From contig JBDRNJ010000039.1 of NCBI GenBank assembly GCA_043811375.1, positions 79,420 through 143,419 on the forward strand: DNA of 64,000 nt, given 5' to 3'. The first letter of the stretch is position 1, and each line of letters begins with the position of its first letter. Shown here piece by piece: positions 38,280-48,509 of the stretch. A model generated the notes under the pieces. It was given only the letters and a program-made list of their open reading frames with translations. It was not told the origin of the DNA and did not search any database. The position numbers were made by a program, and so were the translations under genes. The stretch comes from a bacterium. GTDB taxonomy: Bacteria > Zixibacteria > MSB-5A5 > GN15 > FEB-12.

Positions 38280-38527
38280 GACCAACCGTTGATTTTTGCC
38301 GGGCCGGTCCACTGTGGGGGCGCTCCTATACTTTATGGGCCGGCAGGTACGGTTAACGGCAGTTTTCCCGTGGTGGAGGGTTCTCCTCTCTGGTATGATA
38401 ACAGTCCCAACGGTCACGTTACCGGGTGTTGTTCAATATGTTACCGGGCGGTGGCGGGTAAAATCAAGATATGTGGGCTGGTGGCATGGGGTTTACACTA
38501 CCGGCAGCAAACAAAAAGGTGAAGAGC

Positions 38528-38893
38528 ATGAAAAAAAGAAAATTCGTCGATCAATCCGGCCTGACTCTGCTGGAAGTGCTGATAGCCATGCTGATCATGA
38601 GCATCGCGTTATTGCTGTTGCTCAATATGGCTATGGTGGCGCTGGACGGCAATGACTGGTCCAACAAAACCACAATTGCCACCCAGTTAATGCAGGAAAA
38701 GCTCGAGCAATTGCGCAACAGTAGCAGCCCGGCCAGTGGAGCCGATACCACCCTGGCAGTAAGCCGTAGGTGGGTGGTGAGCAATGCCGGCAGTCACCTG
38801 CGCCAGGTAGATATCTACGCTACCTGGGAGGATATCTCGGCCAACTGGGTTACCGACTCACTGTCAACCTTCATCAAAACCAATTCTCTATAG
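38528..38893 (+). CDS. PilV-like minor type IV pilin
   Basis: Prepilin cleavage motif G|LTLLEVLIAM. Confidence 0.82.
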   Translation: MKKRKFVDQSGLTLLEVLIAMLIMSIALLLLLNMAMVALDGNDWSNKTTIATQLMQEKLEQLRNSSSPASGADTTLAVSRRWVVSNAGSHLRQVDIYATWEDISANWVTDSLSTFIKTNSL

Positions 38894-38901
38894 GTGCCGA
38901 C

Positions 38902-39732
38902 ATGAACAAATGGATCAAGAAAGCCAAAAGCCGGGGAGGTACGACCTTCCTTGAGGTAATGATAGCCCTGTTGATCATGAGCGTCATCACCGCGGCTATT
39001 TTCAACCTGTACGTTACCCAGCACAAGAACTACATGACCCAGGATGACATCACCAATATCCAGCAGAACGTGCGGGCCTCGATCGATGAGATGTCCCGGC
39101 ATATCCGGATGGCCGGCTACGACCTGCCGCTGGGCTTTCCGGCTATCACGGCGTCCAACACCAACCCGGATACGATCTGCATTACCTACCTTCACAACGG
39201 CTGCGACACTTACCTGAGTGCTCCGATGCCTCAGCCATCGGCGGAGCTGAAGTGCGCCACCGATATATCGTGCTTCAATGACGGCCAGTGGGTGTACATT
39301 TATGATCCGGATTCGGCCGTGGGTGAGTGGTTTGAGATAACTCACGTTCAGGCGGCGGCCTTTCACATTCAGCACAACACGATGGTGCTCAGTCGCAAGT
39401 ACCAGGCCAACGCCCTGATCCTGGCCATGTCACAGGTGAAATTCTTTATCGACAGCACGTCCAATCCCGACCACCCCAATCTGATGCTTCAGATCATGGG
39501 CCAGACGCCGCAAGTGTTTGCCGAAGACATCACCGATCTGCAGTTTAGATACACGATGAAAAACGGTGCCGTCGTTGACGTACCGGCGGTGGCTGACAAC
39601 ATAAGAGAAGTAGCCATCGTTGTGACGGGAAGGTCGCAAAATCGTGATGTTGAACTGGCTGATCATCCTGAGGACCAGTATCGCCAGAGAACATTTTCGA
39701 CATCGGTCTTTCTGAGAAACGTCGGTATCTGA
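38902..39732 (+). CDS. PilW-like minor type IV pilin
   Basis: G|TTFLEVMIAL, QQNVR...IRMAGY, C-terminal RTFSTSVFLRN. Confidence 0.82.
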   Translation: MNKWIKKAKSRGGTTFLEVMIALLIMSVITAAIFNLYVTQHKNYMTQDDITNIQQNVRASIDEMSRHIRMAGYDLPLGFPAITASNTNPDTICITYLHNGCDTYLSAPMPQPSAELKCATDISCFNDGQWVYIYDPDSAVGEWFEITHVQAAAFHIQHNTMVLSRKYQANALILAMSQVKFFIDSTSNPDHPNLMLQIMGQTPQVFAEDITDLQFRYTMKNGAVVDVPAVADNIREVAIVVTGRSQNRDVELADHPEDQYRQRTFSTSVFLRNVGI

Positions 39733-39749
39733 CAAGGAGACAACATTCG

Positions 39750-41411
39750 ATGAAAACATCTTACATCTATTCCGAACAGGGCATGGCTACCCTGATAGCC
39801 CTGATAATGGTCGCCATGCTGACCCTTCTGGGACTGGCGGCGCTTAGCACGTCGGACGACGAGGTCAGCATTGCCGGCAACGAGCTTCAGGAGACACGCG
39901 CCTTCTATGCGGCCGAAGCCGGACTGGAGAAAGTGGCCGCCTACATGCTTAGCCAGTTCGACTCCACGGGCGTACCACCCACGGTCATGCCGAGCGGTAG
40001 TGATTATATAAACAACACTCATGTGACCTACGCTGCCGTCAGCGACGGCCCGGCCACCACCAAGGACCTCTCCAACGGCACCCTGGCCGGCCTGCATGCC
40101 CTGGTGCAATCGTTTTCCATGACCGCCGCGGCCACCAATGCCGCCCAGAACACTTCCATGCAACTGGCGCAGTCTTTCGAAGCGGCGCTGGTGCCGATTT
40201 TCCAGTTTGCCGTATTCTATAACAATGATCTTGAGATCGCTCCCGGACCTGACATGACTCTCATGGGGCGAGTCCATTCCAACGGCGATATGTGGCTCCA
40301 GGCCGGCAGCAGTCTAAAAATGGACAGTTATGTCACTGCTTCCGGTAACATCCGGCACGGTTGTATGGGAGCCGGTACAGCATCCGGTGGGGATGTGTTG
40401 ATAAAAGATGGCGGCGGCAACTATGTCTCCATGAAGGAAGGCTCCGGCTGGCTGGAATCCATCGATGGCCACTGGTACGATTCATCGGTCGCCCGCTGGC
40501 AGGGACGGGTCCAGGATTCCACCCATGGCCAGCCGGCGTTGAACCTGCCCCTGTCAAGTACCGCCGCCGGGGATCCCCACAAGATAATTGAAGGAAAAAC
40601 CGGTAACGATGATTCCTACGAGCGCAAGGCGACTCTCAAGTTTATTGATCGGACGGCTTACCGGGATGTCGCCGGCGCCTGGGTCGATGTGACCGCCGAT
40701 ATGGTCTCCAAGGGAATTATCACCTTTACGGACGACAAGTTCCATGACGGGCGCGAGGGTACCTGGGTCGACTGCATGGAACTGGATGTGACAGAGCTGT
40801 ATGACGAAGGTTACGGCCCGGCCAACGGTGTCATCTACTACTCCGACCAGACGTCCGATTTTCCCGCCCTGCGCCTCAACAACGCTTCTGAACTCGATGC
40901 CGGGCTGACGGTAGCCTGTGAAAACCCGGTCTATGTGAATGGTGACTATAACAGCACGAAAAAGAAGCCGGCAGCTATACTTGGCGATGCTGTCACGTTC
41001 CTGTCCAACAGTTGGGACGACAGTAAGAGTTCGGACCCTGTCAATGATCGAGCGGCTTCCAATACGACCGCCAATGTCTGCTACCTGACCGGTAACACCG
41101 AGACTACCGCCTCCGACTACAGCGGCGGCCTTGAGAATCTACCCCGCTTTCTGGAGAAGTGGTCCGGCAAAACATTTACCTGGCTTGGCTCGGCCATCAA
41201 CCTGTGGAACTCTGTGCAGGCCAACAGCCCCTGGAGCTACGGTTCATACTACACGGCGCCTATACGGGACTGGGCTTTTGATACTGACCTTGATGACCCC
41301 AACAATATGCCGCCGGAAACGCCGATGTTGCGGGTGTTTCAGCGTATCGGCTGGCATCAGCAGCATGTCGGTTACGATGCTTCACACGGTCAGGGCGAGG
41401 TTACCTATTAA
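39750..41411 (+). CDS. PilX-like minor pilin with large C-terminal domain
   Basis: G|MATLIAL lacking Glu5, AFYAAEAGLE, GRVHSNG. Confidence 0.8.
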   Translation: MKTSYIYSEQGMATLIALIMVAMLTLLGLAALSTSDDEVSIAGNELQETRAFYAAEAGLEKVAAYMLSQFDSTGVPPTVMPSGSDYINNTHVTYAAVSDGPATTKDLSNGTLAGLHALVQSFSMTAAATNAAQNTSMQLAQSFEAALVPIFQFAVFYNNDLEIAPGPDMTLMGRVHSNGDMWLQAGSSLKMDSYVTASGNIRHGCMGAGTASGGDVLIKDGGGNYVSMKEGSGWLESIDGHWYDSSVARWQGRVQDSTHGQPALNLPLSSTAAGDPHKIIEGKTGNDDSYERKATLKFIDRTAYRDVAGAWVDVTADMVSKGIITFTDDKFHDGREGTWVDCMELDVTELYDEGYGPANGVIYYSDQTSDFPALRLNNASELDAGLTVACENPVYVNGDYNSTKKKPAAILGDAVTFLSNSWDDSKSSDPVNDRAASNTTANVCYLTGNTETTASDYSGGLENLPRFLEKWSGKTFTWLGSAINLWNSVQANSPWSYGSYYTAPIRDWAFDTDLDDPNNMPPETPMLRVFQRIGWHQQHVGYDASHGQGEVTY

Positions 41412-41432
41412 TAACCCTGAAGTCCGAGAGAC

Positions 41433-41464
41433 AAAGACCCGCCCAACCGGGCGGGTCTTTTTTT
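41433..41464 (+). terminator. Rho-independent terminator
   Basis: AAAGACCCGCCC-AACC-GGGCGGGTCTTT followed by a T tract. Confidence 0.85.
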
Positions 41465-41590
41465 GTCAGGACAAGCAGAGCATCCCCTCTCCCCATATCC
41501 AAGCCTTAAGTTAACAGCCCCCCTTTCAAGTAGTTACGTTTCCCAAAGAACCGCCGGAGCAACCTGGCGGCAGATTTCCTGATTTTCTCC

Positions 41591-41619
41591 TTGACAAGGG
41601 CACAAATGTGCAGTATTAT
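41591..41619 (+). promoter_or_regulatory. Sigma70 promoter with a palindromic (LexA-like) operator in the spacer
   Basis: TTGACA, 17 bp, TATTAT; GCACA-AA-TGTGC palindrome at 41600-41611. Confidence 0.65.
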
Positions 41620-41664
41620 AATCTCAGGCCGATAACAATGACAGTAAAAACTCAGAGAGTCAAT

Positions 41665-41913
41665 ATGGATCAATCGGAAATAGGCAGTAATGGTATCGCT
41701 GGTGAGATATTGGCCGCTGGAGAGCCGTCGGCTGTTGGTGAGCCATTGGCTTCATTTGAAACCGGGTTGGCGTTGTCGACCGAGACCGGCAATGCCGAAA
41801 CGGGCTATTGTTATCTGAACGCCGGCACCTGCCCCGACTGCGCGGCCGCCATGGTTCGATTGGGAGGCTGCTTTGCCTGCCCGTCCTGTGGTTATGAAAG
41901 TTGTGCCGGGTAA
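41665..41913 (+). CDS. Small zinc-ribbon protein
   Basis: CPDC...GGCFACPSCGYESC, resembling the C-terminal Zn ribbon of class II ribonucleotide reductases; start uncertain. Confidence 0.65.
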   Translation: MDQSEIGSNGIAGEILAAGEPSAVGEPLASFETGLALSTETGNAETGYCYLNAGTCPDCAAAMVRLGGCFACPSCGYESCAG

Positions 41914-41950
41914 GATGGCGGGACACTATTGAAACAGGGGGAAAGCTCTT

Positions 41951-44638
41951 ATGAGATTGAGTGATTTGGCAAAATGGGGTGTGCCCGAGAGAATCATCGC
42001 CGGTTGGCGGCTGCGCCAGGGCGAGTCACTTTTACCGGTGCAGGCTCAGGCGGTACGCAAAGGTCTGCTGGGCCGAAAGACGGATGGCGGGGTGGATAGT
42101 CCGGTGCGGATGTTGATCTCGGCGCCTACTTCTTCAGGCAAATCATTTTGTGCCGAAATGGCGATGGCCCGGGCTTTGTCGTGTCGTCGCAAGGCGGTTA
42201 TGCTGGTGCCGCTGAAATCACTGGCGGAACAGAAACATGCCCTGTTTGAAAAAACCTATGGATCACTGGGAGTAAAATGTTTGATCGCCACCGGGGATCA
42301 CCCGGAAAATGACCGCCGGTTTATCACCGGAGATTACCAGGTGGCGGTAGCTATTTACGAGAAGTTTGACCTGTTGTTGACGGGTGTCCTGGATGCTCTG
42401 AAGAATATCGGCCTGGTGGTGATTGACGAAATCCAGACAATCGCCGAACCGGGCCGCGGGGCGGTGCTGGAACGGCTGCTGACAAAAATACTGGCCTCGA
42501 TCTACCGGCCATCGCTGGTCGGCCTGTCGGCGGTGATCGGTGATGGCGACAGTTCGGCCGGGCGGCTGGCATCCTGGCTTCAGTCAACCCTGGTCGAAGA
42601 GACAGCTCGACCGGTCGATCTTATCCGCGGCGTGGCGGTGGCCGGGAAGTTCTACTATCGGTCATACAACAGCGGCCTTGATGGCAGCGAGCCGTTTGCG
42701 GACGGTGAGACGGTTCAGCACCCGTTTGACACCTTTGTACAGCAGGTCAAATCTCATCCCGGACCTACGCTGGTATTTCTCAAGTCGCGGCGGGAAACGG
42801 TAGATAGCGCCTTCCGACTGGCGGCCGCCGTCGCCTGGCCCGAGGCCGGTCGGGCACTTAAGCTTCTGGACGAGGAGGAACCGTCGTTTCTGGTTCGCTC
42901 GTTGCGTCAGGCGCTGACACGCGGGGTTGCTTTTCACAACGCCGACCTGTCGCCACGACAGCGAGCTATAGTGGAACAGGCTTTTATGGACGGAGAAGTG
43001 CGGGTGATTTTTGCCACCACGACACTGGCCCTGGGAGTTGACCTGCCCGTGGAGACGGTCTACCTGGAGACGGTCAAATACAGCGCCGGCAACTATGACG
43101 GTCGTCCGACCCTGGTTCCGGTCACGCGTGCCGAATTTGACAATATGACCGGACGCGCCGGGAGATTGCGCGGTGACAATTGTACGCCGGGGCGGGCCAT
43201 TATCATGGCCCGGTCGGACCTTGACCGCGATATCCTCTGGCAGAACTATATCGCTCCCGAAAGACCGGAGCCGATCAGGTCAGCCTTCGACTCGCTGCCG
43301 CCGGAAGACTGGTTGCTGGACATGATTACCTGCGGGCTGATAACCGATCCGGACTCGATCGAACAGTTGTTTGACAGAACCTTCTATGCCGCCATTGGGC
43401 AGGGTGATCAGACGCCGGATTTTGACTCGGCCCTGGCGCACCTGCAGCACTGTCGACTGATTCACCGGGAGAGTTCGAATGGTGCGGTGACCGTTTCGCC
43501 GACCGGAAAGGCAACGGCGCTGGCCAGCCTGTCGGTGGCACAGGCAGAGTACCTGTTGCAGAAGCTGTCCGATGACCCTCCCACCACCATTGCCGGCTGC
43601 ACGGCACTGGTTCTGAGTGCTCCGGGCTGGACACTGCCCCCCGGGATGCTGACCGCCTTCGAATTGGCGGAGAATATGCCGGTCAGGATGTTGTACCAAC
43701 ACTTCGACCACCTGCTTCAGGATGCTGCGATCCTTCTGGGCGAGAGTCGCCGTCAGGAACCCCTGACCTACACCGCAGCCGTACGGTTAAAGGCGTGGTT
43801 ACTTCTGCACCAGTGGCGCGAACTCACACCGGTGCAGCAACTCGAACAACAGTTCCAGTTGCACCTGGGACAGATTCTGGCCCTGGGGGAAACGGCGGCC
43901 CATCTGGTGCACGGCCTCGATGTACTGGCTGCGACCACTAACCATCACACGTCGTTGCCGGACGACCTGAGCCGATATGTTTTCAGCCTTCGCATGGGTA
44001 TGCCGGCCGGCCTGGAACGACTGTATGCCCGCCTGGGTCGGATTCTCAACCGCAGCGATTTCCTGGCTCTGCACAATGCCGGGGTGGAAAGTATAACCGG
44101 TCTGCAAGAGTTGTCGCAGGCACAATTGGGCCGGTTTATCAAAGGGGAGAACAAACTGAGCTTATTAAGAGAGAAACTGCAACTTATTTCACAGGAGAAC
44201 ACCATGCAAACACAAACAACGCCGAGCCAGTCGTGTCTGCCGGCGGCGATGGCCGTGTCCGTTCGACCTGAATTGATTGAGATCGACGGTACTTTCGAAC
44301 GGGAACGCTACCTGGTCAAAATCAACGGCTTTCCGATCCGCCTGACCGGCAAATCATTCAAGTATTTCACGAAACTGGCCTGGTCACGACTCAACCGCGA
44401 TTCCGGCTGGATGTACAAGGAAGATATCGAAACCGGTTTCAACCAGGCCCGGTATCTCTACCGCATGAAGAGAGAAATTGTCTCGGCCCTGAACCTGGCC
44501 TGGGGGGTAATAGAAAACAATCGATTGGGTTATTATCGTCTCAATGCCGACCCCGGCGCCATCCGGGTGAACCTGGATAATCTTCGTGTTCACCCCGATT
44601 ACGAAGTGAGCAATCTGGCCAACCGGAGCGCCAACTGA
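41951..44638 (+). CDS. Ski2/Hel308-like SF2 helicase with an added C-terminal winged-helix domain
   Basis: LLPVQ, APTSSGKS, VPLKSLAEQK, YEKFD, VIDEIQ, LSA, FHNADL, ATTTLALGVDLP, MTGRAGR; C-terminal IENNRLGYYRL wing. Confidence 0.88.
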   Translation: MRLSDLAKWGVPERIIAGWRLRQGESLLPVQAQAVRKGLLGRKTDGGVDSPVRMLISAPTSSGKSFCAEMAMARALSCRRKAVMLVPLKSLAEQKHALFEKTYGSLGVKCLIATGDHPENDRRFITGDYQVAVAIYEKFDLLLTGVLDALKNIGLVVIDEIQTIAEPGRGAVLERLLTKILASIYRPSLVGLSAVIGDGDSSAGRLASWLQSTLVEETARPVDLIRGVAVAGKFYYRSYNSGLDGSEPFADGETVQHPFDTFVQQVKSHPGPTLVFLKSRRETVDSAFRLAAAVAWPEAGRALKLLDEEEPSFLVRSLRQALTRGVAFHNADLSPRQRAIVEQAFMDGEVRVIFATTTLALGVDLPVETVYLETVKYSAGNYDGRPTLVPVTRAEFDNMTGRAGRLRGDNCTPGRAIIMARSDLDRDILWQNYIAPERPEPIRSAFDSLPPEDWLLDMITCGLITDPDSIEQLFDRTFYAAIGQGDQTPDFDSALAHLQHCRLIHRESSNGAVTVSPTGKATALASLSVAQAEYLLQKLSDDPPTTIAGCTALVLSAPGWTLPPGMLTAFELAENMPVRMLYQHFDHLLQDAAILLGESRRQEPLTYTAAVRLKAWLLLHQWRELTPVQQLEQQFQLHLGQILALGETAAHLVHGLDVLAATTNHHTSLPDDLSRYVFSLRMGMPAGLERLYARLGRILNRSDFLALHNAGVESITGLQELSQAQLGRFIKGENKLSLLREKLQLISQENTMQTQTTPSQSCLPAAMAVSVRPELIEIDGTFERERYLVKINGFPIRLTGKSFKYFTKLAWSRLNRDSGWMYKEDIETGFNQARYLYRMKREIVSALNLAWGVIENNRLGYYRLNADPGAIRVNLDNLRVHPDYEVSNLANRSAN

Positions 44639-44639
44639 G

Positions 44640-44761
44640 GCGGTGGCATCGCCACATCTATAGGCATCGCCAGTGGCTTGCCGGTGGCAAGCCACTTTTA
44701 TTGGCGGGAGACAAGCTCCTGCTCTATGTGCGTTAGAACAATCACCTTTTGGGACATCCCC
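44640..44761 (+). repeat. Truncated copy of the REP-containing MITE-like element (family A)
   Basis: GGTGGCATCGCCAC...TTGGCGGGAGACAAGC...CGTTAGAACAATCACCTTTTGGGACA. Confidence 0.75.
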
Positions 44762-44786
44762 TGACCGTCGTAACTGTCCGTGACGT

Positions 44787-45524
44787 TCATGGGTGTAAAG
44801 TCCAGTTAACCCCCAGCATCACGGTCGGGCCGGTCATATCGTATTGCCGTGCTCGGCGACTGTTTTCCCCGGTCACCTGGTCGATTATTTCCAGATCAAG
44901 TTCCGGTCTGGCGTATGAATACTTGAAGTCGAGACGCAGCCATACCCGTTGGCTGAATCTGAAATCACTGCCTGCCCGGAGATGCCAGGCGAGTCCCTGC
45001 CCGAAATCATGGTAACTTTCCAGAGTGGCATCATCATAAGGTGCCGATTCTCCTGTGGCCGGCTCATCAGTCGGCCACATGTTGGAGTAGGCACTGAAGC
45101 CGCCACCAAAATACGGTCGAACTTCCGAACCGGGCACTCGCAACAGCAGGTCGACATCGGCACTGAGCGAGGCGAATTTCTGTTTCGGCAGGTCGGCCAG
45201 GTTCAGTTCGTACCAGAATACCTGGGGCACTCCCCTCAGAATCAACGGCGACAGGCGGGTATAATCGATTACCACAGCCAGACCGTAACCTTCAGAGATA
45301 TCATCCGTCGCCGGTACGAACACCAGCGCCGTTCCGGCCTCGAAATTCGATGAAGTGTCGGCATTCGTTTGCGGCAGTGACATCCGGATTACCCGTTCGC
45401 CCCGAGCGCGAGCATCACCGCCATCGCCGGCTGCGATTGCCGTACGGCCGGGTGCCGGCAGCATAATCGCCACAAGACAAATCAGACCGATCCGCTGTAG
45501 CTAATGATAAAAGACATATCTCAT
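44787..45524 (-). pseudogene. Outer-membrane beta-barrel protein with an in-frame TAG at codon 8
   Basis: GAGGTG RBS + ATG at 45524, TAG at 45503-45501, in frame with ORF 45473-44787; barrel-type motifs PYFGGG, LRLDFKY, VMLGVNW. Confidence 0.55.
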
Positions 45525-45798
45525 AATCACCTCGTCAGGTATTTGCTGGAAACCCGAGTTCTTCCTGGGAAAGAACTCGTCCCGATTACTGTTGGTCAAC
45601 CATTAATCATTCACAATTACTATGCTATGGCCGGGTCTCAGTGTCGGCGACGTCTGTCGATTCTTGTATTGTTAAGACTGACAGTGGGTTAGCTAAACCA
45701 CAAAACTCATTTGGGAAATTAGAGACAGTAGCTGACTCTGGTTTGGAGCCTTTCGTTTCAGTCTTTTGACAAAGCGCCGATAGATATGCAAAACAGCT

Positions 45799-48183
45799 AT
45801 GAAGACCATTGTAAAGACCACTAAGAAGCTGCCGCTTAAGACAACCGGTCCGTCGGCAGGCGTCCCTGTATTGCCGTTGCGAAATGGTGTGCTTCTCCCG
45901 GGATCGATTATGACCGTGTCCCTTATTCGGCCTGAAGAGGTCGATCTTGTTCAGTACTGCCAAACCCACCGTAAGGAACTGCTGGTGAGTCATTCGTCGG
46001 AAGCAACCTCGGACGGAGCGGCGCCTGTTTCCCAGGTTGGTGTCATGGCAAGTATATGTCATGTTTTTCAAGCTGCCGATGGGTTGCCGATGGTTACACT
46101 GGAAGGTATCCGGCGGGCGGTTCTGGTGGAAATTACCGCGGAGACTCCCTTACTCCTGGGCACTGTAAATGAGATCGAATTGTCCGATGACGCCGCCCGG
46201 ATTAGTACCTCTGAAATCATGGCTTGCTTCAGGATGACCCGTGAATCTGAGACAATCGGTATGTTGCAGAAGCATTCCGGTGACAACTCGTTGCTGATCG
46301 ACCGGATTTCAGCAGTCCTGAATCTGCCACCGTCTGCCCGGCAGGAACTGCTCGAAACGGTGAACCTCAAAGATCGGTTGACTCTTCTGGAATCTTTTCA
46401 AAAAACACCGGCGCCGGCATCTTCAGTTAACTGTGGTGAAATCGGAGTGTCGTCAGATAGTCGCCGAGAGAGCAACCTGGCTGACGCCGCGCACATAAGA
46501 GCTTTGATCGAAAAGTCGTCTTTTCTGCCCGATGAAGTGGCGGCCAGAGCTACGCACGAGGTTGATCGGTTGACTCAATTGCCGACGGCTTCGGCCGAAT
46601 ACGGCGCCACCAAATTCTACCTTGACTGGCTGTTGTCTCTCCCCTGGGGAAAATGCTCGGGCGAGGATTATGACATAACTCACGCCGAGAAGATTCTCAC
46701 AACTGAATACTACGGCCCCGCCAGTCTCAAAGAACAGATTCTGCAGCGACTGTCCGTTCGCAAGTTGCAGCGGGGTGCCGGCGATGCCCCCACCCTGTGT
46801 TTCATTGGCGCCCCCGGAACCGGCAAGGCTTCGCTGGCCAAAGCAATTGCCCACGCTCTGGGCAAGGAGCTGATCAGGATATCCGTCGGAGGGATCACCG
46901 ACGTCGGCGAAGTGAAGGGAATGCCCCGCACGTTCCTGGCCGCCCTGCCCGGGAAAATTATACGTTCCCTGCGCAACGTTGAGTCCTGCGACCCGGTGGT
47001 GCTGCTGGAGGACGTCGACTATTTCAATCTCCACAATGACGCCTCGGTCAATATGGCGATGCTGGAGGCGATCGATACTCGTCGCAACGCCCGCTTTCTG
47101 GACAACTACCTGGGCATTCCTTTTGATCTGAGTAAAATCTTCTTCATCTGTTCGGTGCGTTCCTTCGAGGAAATTCCGGAGCAGTTCATACCGCGCCTTG
47201 AGATCATTGAGTTGCCCGGTTATACCGAGAAAGAAAAGCGAGCCATTTCCAAACGGTACCTGATTCCCAATCTGCTGAATAGACTCGGGTTGACCAAAGC
47301 GGAGGTGAAATTTACCGATCAGGCGCTGACCAGGATTGTCACCAACTACACCCAGGAAGCCGGGCTGCTGTCGTTTTCGCAGAATATCGAGAAGATATGC
47401 CGCAGAATCGCTCTGGAGAAACTCCAGAAACCGAAAAAGTCGTGGACGATAAACGACCGTAACCTTGAATCCTACCTGGGCCCTGCCCTGTTTTTCCCCG
47501 AGCGAGCTGAAGCAGCCCCCGAAATCGGTACCGCAGCCGGACTGGCCTGGACCGGTGCCGGCGGCGAACTAATGTTTATCGAGGGCCTCAAGATGAAGGG
47601 CAGTGGTGATATTATCACCACCGGGTCACTCGGCGAAGTGATGCGGGAATCTATCCAGGCCGCCCATTCCTATGTGCGTTCCAAGGCCGACATGCTGGGG
47701 ATAGATTTCAGTGACTTCAACGATTTTGATATCCACGTTCATTTTCCCTCTGGCGCTATTCCCAAAGACGGCCCTTCGGCCGGTGTTACCGTCTGCCTGG
47801 TCATTGCCTCGGTGATGTCGGAACGCCCTATCCGCAATGATATCGCCATGACCGGGGAGGTCACCCTGCGCGGGCGGGTATTGCGCGTGGCCGGAATCAA
47901 GGAGAAGATATCAGCCGCCCACCGGTCCGGTATCTATCACGTGGCCATGCCTCAGGGCAATCAGAAAGATATCAAGGAGTTGCCCCGGGAAATGGTGCGC
48001 AAGATGAAATTCACGTTCATCGAGCGCGTCGACGAACTGTTCGAAACCTGCCTGCTTAATTTCACTCCTTCCTCGTACACCCTGGAAAAAGTTTTCGCCG
48101 AGGAAATCAGGAAAGTCAAGCGTAAGAAAAAAACTCCCCCACAGAAGCGCCGGACTCCGCGGGTAGCCAGGAAACAGGAATAA
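45799..48183 (+). CDS. lon: Lon protease homologue (LonA architecture) with degenerate ATPase motifs
   Basis: PVLPLR N-domain, [24 protein letters not shown] (catalytic Ser), GIKEK (catalytic Lys); Walker [10 protein letters not shown], Walker B LLEDVD. Confidence 0.9.
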   Translation: MKTIVKTTKKLPLKTTGPSAGVPVLPLRNGVLLPGSIMTVSLIRPEEVDLVQYCQTHRKELLVSHSSEATSDGAAPVSQVGVMASICHVFQAADGLPMVTLEGIRRAVLVEITAETPLLLGTVNEIELSDDAARISTSEIMACFRMTRESETIGMLQKHSGDNSLLIDRISAVLNLPPSARQELLETVNLKDRLTLLESFQKTPAPASSVNCGEIGVSSDSRRESNLADAAHIRALIEKSSFLPDEVAARATHEVDRLTQLPTASAEYGATKFYLDWLLSLPWGKCSGEDYDITHAEKILTTEYYGPASLKEQILQRLSVRKLQRGAGDAPTLCFIGAPGTGKASLAKAIAHALGKELIRISVGGITDVGEVKGMPRTFLAALPGKIIRSLRNVESCDPVVLLEDVDYFNLHNDASVNMAMLEAIDTRRNARFLDNYLGIPFDLSKIFFICSVRSFEEIPEQFIPRLEIIELPGYTEKEKRAISKRYLIPNLLNRLGLTKAEVKFTDQALTRIVTNYTQEAGLLSFSQNIEKICRRIALEKLQKPKKSWTINDRNLESYLGPALFFPERAEAAPEIGTAAGLAWTGAGGELMFIEGLKMKGSGDIITTGSLGEVMRESIQAAHSYVRSKADMLGIDFSDFNDFDIHVHFPSGAIPKDGPSAGVTVCLVIASVMSERPIRNDIAMTGEVTLRGRVLRVAGIKEKISAAHRSGIYHVAMPQGNQKDIKELPREMVRKMKFTFIERVDELFETCLLNFTPSSYTLEKVFAEEIRKVKRKKKTPPQKRRTPRVARKQE

Positions 48184-48284
48184 AAACTTATTCCAGCAGG
48201 CTGTTTGAGCCCGGAATCTGTTTGACAACGGCCAATTATCGTGTATTATTCCATTATACTGTAGCCATCTGAAAAGCTGGCTAT

Positions 48285-48356
48285 GGGGGTGTAGCTCAGT
48301 GGTAGAGCACCTGCCTTTTAAGCAGGGTGTCGATGGTTCGATCCCATCCACCCTCA
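48285..48356 (+). tRNA. tRNA-Lys(TTT); CCA not encoded
   Basis: Acceptor stem GGGGGTG/CACCCTC, D arm GCTC-AGTGGTA-GAGC, anticodon arm CCTGC-CTTTTAA-GCAGG, T loop GTTCGAT; upstream TTGACA/TATTAT promoter. Confidence 0.96.
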
Positions 48357-48509
48357 CTTTTTTTGGAATCGATTTTCTTACGGTAACATGCAGGGCAAAA
48401 CCCGAAGGGATTGTACCAATCATAACAATTATCTCCAGGTCCGGATAGCGGAACCGCTAAAGGGTTCCGCCCTGCTCACCGGGCCATTTGGGTGCGCGGC
48501 GTATGTCCT

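Noticed and set aside
38482..38497. Sigma54 promoter for the pilin cassette (TGGCATGGGGTTTACA)
   Set aside because: The -24 box is good but the -12 reads AC instead of GC; not enough support
48388..48475. GCAAAACCCGAAGGG as a c-di-GMP-I riboswitch
   Set aside because: Lacks the GAAA tetraloop and second stem; looks like a degenerate REP doublet downstream of the tRNA
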